A DNA stretch of 25,725 nt, taken from positions 1-25,725 of the IMG/VR virus record IMGVR_UViG_3300032301_000242; one strand, given 5' to 3'. Shown here one piece after another: positions 24,859 through 25,725 of the stretch. The stretch is from a virus (Duplodnaviria > Caudoviricetes). The notes beneath the pieces are model-generated. The model searched no databases. It was not told the DNA's origin and saw only the letters and a list, made by a program, of their open reading frames with translations. The position numbers and the translations under genes are program-made. Position 1 is the stretch's first letter; each line of letters starts with the position of its first letter.

Positions 24859-25725
24859 AAGCAGTAATTCTTAACGACACTCATTTCGGCTACAAAGCCG
24901 ATTCGCCTATTGTACTTGAATACTTTTTATCGTTCTTTGAAGAACAATTGTTTCCTTATATTAAGGAAAATAACATCAAGACTATCTTCCATCTGGGAGA
25001 TGTTTTTGACCGTAGAAAGTATATAAATTTTAAAACACTTCATCAAGTACGAACTAGATTCTTTGAACCTCTTAGAGATATGGGAATCAAATGCATTGCT
25101 ATCTGTGGTAATCATGACACTTATTACCGCAACAATAACAATGTAAACTCATTGCATGAGTTGGTTGCCTCATATCAAAACTGGGAAATCTATTCTGAGC
25201 CAACAGAGATTCAAACTTCGGCAGGTTGTGTGGCTCTTCTTCCTTGGATCAATCCAGAAAACGAAGGACAGGCAGCAAAATTTATCACTAATACCACATG
25301 TTCTCTTCTAATGGGTCATTTGGAATTATTTGGCTTTCAGAGTATTCGTGGTATCTTTATAGAGCAAGGATATGATCCCAAACACTTCGACAAGTTTGAA
25401 TACGTACTTACTGGACATTATCATATTAAGTCCACTCGTGACAATATTCATTATCTGGGTACGCAATACCAAATGGCTTTCTCAGATGTTTGGGAGCCGA
25501 AAGGATTCCACGTATTTGACTTTTTGGCTAGAGAACTGGTATTTGTCGAAAATAACAAAAAGTTATTCTATACGTTTGATTATAATGAAGACAAACCAGA
25601 AAAGCTTGAATACTCAAAGTTCAAAGACTGCTATGTCAAGATTTTTATCAAGAAACGCACGAAGGCTGCAAGTTTTGAAAAATACATGGATAAATTCTAT
25701 GAAGCAGGCGTGGCAGAATTGGCAG
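24855..25725 (+). CDS. gp47: Recombination endonuclease subunit (Mre11/SbcD-like), truncated by window end
   Basis: Not in the ORF track (no stop in window). My translation is MKAVILNDTHFG...HLGDVFDRRKYINF...GNHDTYY...LLPWI...GHLEL.GF...TGHYH, the metallophosphoesterase motifs; ATGA overlap with gp55. Confidence 0.95.
   Translation, partial: MKAVILNDTHFGYKADSPIVLEYFLSFFEEQLFPYIKENNIKTIFHLGDVFDRRKYINFKTLHQVRTRFFEPLRDMGIKCIAICGNHDTYYRNNNNVNSLHELVASYQNWEIYSEPTEIQTSAGCVALLPWINPENEGQAAKFITNTTCSLLMGHLELFGFQSIRGIFIEQGYDPKHFDKFEYVLTGHYHIKSTRDNIHYLGTQYQMAFSDVWEPKGFHVFDFLARELVFVENNKKLFYTFDYNEDKPEKLEYSKFKDCYVKIFIKKRTKAASFEKYMDKFYEAGVAELA

Noticed and set aside
750-25115. Other short shadow ORFs overlapping gp20, gp21, uvsW, uvsY, island genes, gp55 and gp47
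   Set aside because: All overlap confidently assigned genes and have no family motifs.
1-25725. Stop-codon reassignment (none of the called genes ends in TAG)
   Set aside because: Conserved proteins are full length under the standard code with no in-frame TAG or TGA, and TAG is generally rare in AT-rich phages.
1-25725. tRNA, CRISPR array, integrase or transposase
   Set aside because: Intergenic gaps are under 90 bp with no cloverleaf or repeat-spacer pattern, and no recombinase motifs are present.

Overview
A 25.7-kb fragment of a T4-like myovirus genome with the compact cyanophage/pelagiphage-style core (no gp24 after gp23). Left arm (1-7599, + strand): two tandem gp19-like tail-tube genes, portal gp20, two small prohead-core-like ORFs, protease gp21, an ORFan, scaffold gp22, major capsid gp23 with a strong terminator, and gp3. 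A three-gene block (uvsY-uvsW-conserved hypothetical) follows on the - strand. Next is a ~13.9-kb AT-rich, tightly coupled island of 18 apparently soluble glycan-biosynthesis enzymes (10331-24244): 2x GT25-like, 2x GT11, 2x GT10, other GT-A/GT-B and HtrL-like transferases, 3 SAM methyltransferases, an O-acetyltransferase and two NDP-sugar SDR enzymes. It has no visible flippase, polymerase or lipid-carrier initiating transferase. The late sigma factor gp55 and the start of gp47 end the window. The best candidate for a novel system is this phage-encoded cytoplasmic glycan pathway (possible virion or DNA glycosylation). Also notable are the duplicated tail tube gene, three sigma70-type promoters that all have 16-bp spacers, and several apparently leaderless genes. 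All product calls come from motif recognition by eye, not database searches.
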